This document shows positions 34,648-37,642 of a DNA stretch of 37,642 bases, piece by piece. The translations under genes were made by a program, and so were the position numbers. Source of the DNA: Candidatus Bathyarchaeota archaeon UBA233 (GTDB lineage Archaea; Thermoproteota; Bathyarchaeia; Bathyarchaeales; UBA233); the NCBI GenBank assembly GCA_002507245.1, contig DAZI01000030.1, positions 1 through 37,642 of the forward strand, given 5' to 3'. The stretch's first letter is position 1. Every line of letters begins with the position of its first letter. Under the pieces are notes generated by a model. That model saw nothing but the letters and a program-made list of their open reading frames with translations. It was not told where the DNA came from and did not search any database.

Positions 34648-35505
34648 TTATACACCTTTAGCGAAGGATATGGCGGCATACCCAACAACACTTGAGTAGT
34701 CGCCAATAACATCTCCACTAGTTCTATAACATAACAATTTTGCTAGCTTCACATCTAAAATCTTCGCGGCTACAGTTAAAGCGGCAATAGGCCCATAGCC
34801 ACAACAACTAATCCTATACGATTCTATAACCGAATAGAGCTTTTCTTCATTTAATTCCTCGATTGCTTTGATAACCATGGAATCCTTTTTCTTAGCGTTT
34901 TCGTGTGGCTCATAATGCGTCATGTCTGAAGAAGCCACAATTAAACCGTTTTTATTTTTTAATGCCCTAGCTATGGCTTTGCCGATTTCTCGACTTGAAG
35001 TTAAATCCTGCATGAGGAAAGCTATGGGCACTATATGAAAGGAATTGCCATACAAAAATTGAAGGAATGGAAGTTGGACTTCAATGGAATGTTCATAACG
35101 ATGTGCAACTTCGTCTATATCCAAAATATCAGTTTCTTCCAAAATGGCATTTGCTGTTTCACTGTCTACCCTAACATCCCCCAAAGGGGTTCGCCAAACC
35201 CCATCGTTGAGGATTGCCAAACCGCTGCCATAACCTGTATGGTTTGGGCCTAAAAGGACTACGACTTCAGGTTTACCATCTAACGCTAGCTCATAATACG
35301 CATGGGCTGCTACTGGCCCTGAATACATGTAACCTGCGTGAGGGCATACCACCCCGACAAGCTTTCTTGCATTTTCTCTTCGGGGTTCAGGAAGCTTTCC
35401 TGGTCCGAGTTGACTGAGGAAGCAATTTTCTATTTGTTTCTTTAAAGCTTCGGGGGCAGCATCATAAAATGTTCCGGCTTGAGTTGGAAGTCGAACTTTC
35501 GCCGT
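34648..35505 (-). CDS. MEMO1 family protein (AmmeMemoRadiSam protein B)
   Basis: PHAGYMYSG, GPNHTG, EHSIEVQLPFLQ, SSDMTHY, CGYGP, VVGYA. The frame extends 51 codons upstream of the tracked GTG and includes the family N-terminal R.P..AG.FY motif. Confidence 0.93.
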   Translation of the reverse strand, partial: TAKVRLPTQAGTFYDAAPEALKKQIENCFLSQLGPGKLPEPRRENARKLVGVVCPHAGYMYSGPVAAHAYYELALDGKPEVVVLLGPNHTGYGSGLAILNDGVWRTPLGDVRVDSETANAILEETDILDIDEVAHRYEHSIEVQLPFLQFLYGNSFHIVPIAFLMQDLTSSREIGKAIARALKNKNGLIVASSDMTHYEPHENAKKKDSMVIKAIEELNEEKLYSVIESYRISCCGYGPIAALTVAAKILDVKLAKLLCYRTSGDVIGDYSSVVGYAAISFAKGV

Positions 35506-36192
35506 TTAAGTTTCCTCCCGTAAGATTTTGGTTTCAAATTCCTCTATTTGCACGTTTAAGTCTTGGTCTGGTGCTAGTTCTCCTTTTTCCCGTAATATTT
35601 GTCTTGCTAGAAGCCAATAGATTGTTGCAAGGGCTCTTCTTCCCTTATTGTTTGTTGGAATTACCAGGTCAATTCCAGTGAAATCATTGTCAGTGCTACA
35701 CAATGCTACAACTGGGATTCCTACCAGTGCGGCTTCTTTGATTGACTGGGAGTCAGCGCGGGGGTCTGAAACAAGTAGGACATCAGGTTCTAAACGGTTC
35801 GGGTAAAGCGGGTTCGAAAATGAGCCGGGAATAAACCTTCCAATTATAGGAATGGCTCCAATTAGTTCGCAGAATTTTTTGACTGGCTGTTGAGCATAAA
35901 GTCTAGCTGAGGCAACAGCAATTTTTGAGGGTTGGAAGCGAGCTAGAAACTTAGCAACTATTCTTATTCGCTCATCCGTTTTTTTAATGTCGAGTACGAA
36001 GAGCCCGTCAGGACGGACACGATATATGAAGGGCTCCATGTTTTTTGTTTTCATCCTAGTCCCTATGTGTATTCCTGCTGAAAGCAAGGTATCTCTTGGA
36101 AGCAGAAGCTCTTCTTCCATTGTAACTGTTTCAGAAACTGTTTCTTTATGTTCCTCTTTTACTGGTTCTTTTTGATTTTCTGTTTCAGCCAA
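35506..36192 (-). CDS. rps2: 30S ribosomal protein S2
   Basis: AGIHIGT, FIYRVRPDGL, GRFIPGSFSNP, DPRAD.Q, IPTNNKGR. Confidence 0.98.
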   Translation of the reverse strand: MAETENQKEPVKEEHKETVSETVTMEEELLLPRDTLLSAGIHIGTRMKTKNMEPFIYRVRPDGLFVLDIKKTDERIRIVAKFLARFQPSKIAVASARLYAQQPVKKFCELIGAIPIIGRFIPGSFSNPLYPNRLEPDVLLVSDPRADSQSIKEAALVGIPVVALCSTDNDFTGIDLVIPTNNKGRRALATIYWLLARQILREKGELAPDQDLNVQIEEFETKILREET

Positions 36193-36194
36193 AT

Positions 36195-37451
36195 TTATCC
36201 CAACCTAGGTAAACTTGCCATTCGCGCTCTATTTCCAAGAAGCTCCTCTATCCTTATTAACTCGTTTATCTTAGCGATTCGAGCTCCCTCTACGATCCCT
36301 GTCTTTATTATGGGGCAATTTAAACCTACAGCCAGATGGGCAACATGCCAATCCACTGTATCCCCGGAACGGTGGGAAACTATAGGCACATAACCTGCCT
36401 TTTTAGCTAGCTCTACTGTTCGGATAGCTCGGGTTAACGTACCAACCTGATTAACTTTAATTATTATGGCGTTCCCTGCATTCAGTTTCATGCCATGTCT
36501 TAGACGTTTTTCATTAGTAACGAAAAGGTCATCTCCGCAGATAAGGCATTGCCTTACTTTCCGTGTTAGTTCCGCAAAATTCTTAAAGTCTTCCTCATGG
36601 AAGGGATCCTCCACATACACGAGCCTGAACTGTTCGATAAGTTGAAGGACATGTTCAAGCTGTTCATCAGAGTCAAGTTTCCTGCCACCTCGAGAATAAA
36701 CATAACGTCTGGTTTTCGGGTTCCATAATGTTGAAGCAGCCATATCTAAACCTACTCGGCATTCAAACCCCATTTCTTCACTTACTTCTTCGCAGACATT
36801 TGAGAGAAGTTCTAAGGCCTCGTGGTCATTCAGCCCTGCGATCCAAGCTCCCTCATCACTTCTTCCACCGCCGAAGTCTTTACCAGCTTTTTTGAGTTTC
36901 TCTCCAACCTTTTTATGTATAAGTGCATTTGCTTTCGCTGCTTCTTGAAAATTCCTTGCAGCGATAGGTAATACAAGAAACTCTTGAATATCTGGCGTTT
37001 TTCCTCTGGCATGTTTTCCGCCGCTTATGGTATTTCCCAAAGGATATGGAAGTTCACAGGCCAACTGACCGCCCAAATACTGAAATAATGGTAAACCGTA
37101 AGCGTTTGCAGCGGCTTCTGCTACGGCAAGTGAAAGCGCAAACGCAGTGTTTCCACCGATATTTGCAAAGTTCTCTGTTCCATCAATTTCCCCAAGCATT
37201 TCATCAATTCCTTCTTGCATATCAACATTCATTCCCAGAAGTTCCGGAACAACAAGGGTTTCGATTTTTTTCAAAGCTTCGTCTATCCCTTTTCGTGGAT
37301 ACGGTGAAACCTCATTTTTCCCTCTACTTGCACCAGAGGGCGCTGATACCCTTCCTAGGCTTGAGGGGGTTATCACGTCTACCTCTATTGTTTCATTTCC
37401 TCTACTATCAAAAATTTTACGTGCAACAATATCGTCTATAACTGTGGACAC
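36195..37451 (-). CDS. eno: Enolase
   Basis: DSRGN.T, PSGASRG, GGKHA, QEF, DEG, EDPF.E, GDDLFVTN, KVNQVGT, SHRSG. GTG start at 37451 after GGAGAGG; the tracked 37562 start overlaps rpoN. Confidence 0.97.
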   Translation of the reverse strand: MSTVIDDIVARKIFDSRGNETIEVDVITPSSLGRVSAPSGASRGKNEVSPYPRKGIDEALKKIETLVVPELLGMNVDMQEGIDEMLGEIDGTENFANIGGNTAFALSLAVAEAAANAYGLPLFQYLGGQLACELPYPLGNTISGGKHARGKTPDIQEFLVLPIAARNFQEAAKANALIHKKVGEKLKKAGKDFGGGRSDEGAWIAGLNDHEALELLSNVCEEVSEEMGFECRVGLDMAASTLWNPKTRRYVYSRGGRKLDSDEQLEHVLQLIEQFRLVYVEDPFHEEDFKNFAELTRKVRQCLICGDDLFVTNEKRLRHGMKLNAGNAIIIKVNQVGTLTRAIRTVELAKKAGYVPIVSHRSGDTVDWHVAHLAVGLNCPIIKTGIVEGARIAKINELIRIEELLGNRARMASLPRLG

Positions 37452-37462
37452 TTCATCCTCTC

Positions 37463-37642
37463 CTAATATGGTCTGGCTATCCTCCTGCGATGTGCTTCCT
37501 CGAAAAATTTGAGAACTTCGTCGATTATTTCGACATGTGAAAGGAACATACGTCGACAACAATACCTCTTTATTCCTAAACTATCGAGAACAATGCCAGC
37601 ATCTTCTCCAGCTCGAACTCTCCGGGCGAATTCCTCCCACTT
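37463..37642 (-). CDS. rpoN: DNA-directed RNA polymerase subunit N (Rpo10), 5' end outside the window
   Basis: Not in ORF track. [43 protein letters not shown]... contains the RYCCRRM signature. Confidence 0.97.
   Translation of the reverse strand, partial: KWEEFARRVRAGEDAGIVLDSLGIKRYCCRRMFLSHVEIIDEVLKFFEEAHRRRIARPY

Noticed and set aside
37452-37562. 37-aa N-terminal extension of enolase in the ORF track
   Set aside because: It overlaps the rpoN 3' end in another frame; GTG 37451 has an SD and matches the usual enolase start.
1-37642. Search for tRNA/rRNA genes, CRISPR arrays, transposases, integrases, inteins and frameshifted genes
   Set aside because: Intergenic gaps are short and AT-rich with no cloverleaf or spaced repeats seen by eye, and proteins are of normal length apart from those noted. 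tRNAscan-SE and Infernal would be needed to exclude small RNAs.

Overview
Gene-dense, AT-rich archaeal core-genome window with about 43 CDS. I see no rRNA, tRNA, CRISPR array or mobile element. The gene set (rpS26e, arcadin-1, Alba, TACK-type nusA-like/aspS pair, complete Smc-ScpA-ScpB, type-2 IDI plus isopentenyl phosphate kinase) points to a TACK archaeon, most plausibly Bathyarchaeia (inference). Left to right: surE (partial), acyP, hypothetical, arcadin-1, GMP synthase ATPPase subunit, hypothetical, small CdrS-like RHH gene, pyrF, B3/4 protein, DUF72, sfsA, AKR-like barrel, family-4 UDG, rpl40e, sucD, sucC, Lrp-type regulator, alba, nusA-like, aspS, secreted Ig-like protein, truD, pth2, GGR, small wHTH, cdc48, EF-1beta, DUF4438, rps26e, CDP-alcohol phosphatidyltransferase, DUF1805, DUF2096, smc-scpA-scpB, rps8e, and the minus-strand superoperon rpoN(partial)-eno-rps2-MEMO1-mvk-ipk-fni-idsA-gltX-srp19. 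Four genes missing from the ORF track were read by hand (surE, RHH, rpl40e, rpoN). No clear novel multi-gene system is evident. The best oddities are a perfect 48-bp repeat between the two Walker A regions of cdc48, two genes that seem to need CTG or ACG starts, an orphan arcadin-1 near an orphan CdrS-like regulator, a GMP synthase subunit with a duplicated C-terminal domain, and a non-HbYX Cdc48 linked to a small wHTH gene and pth2.
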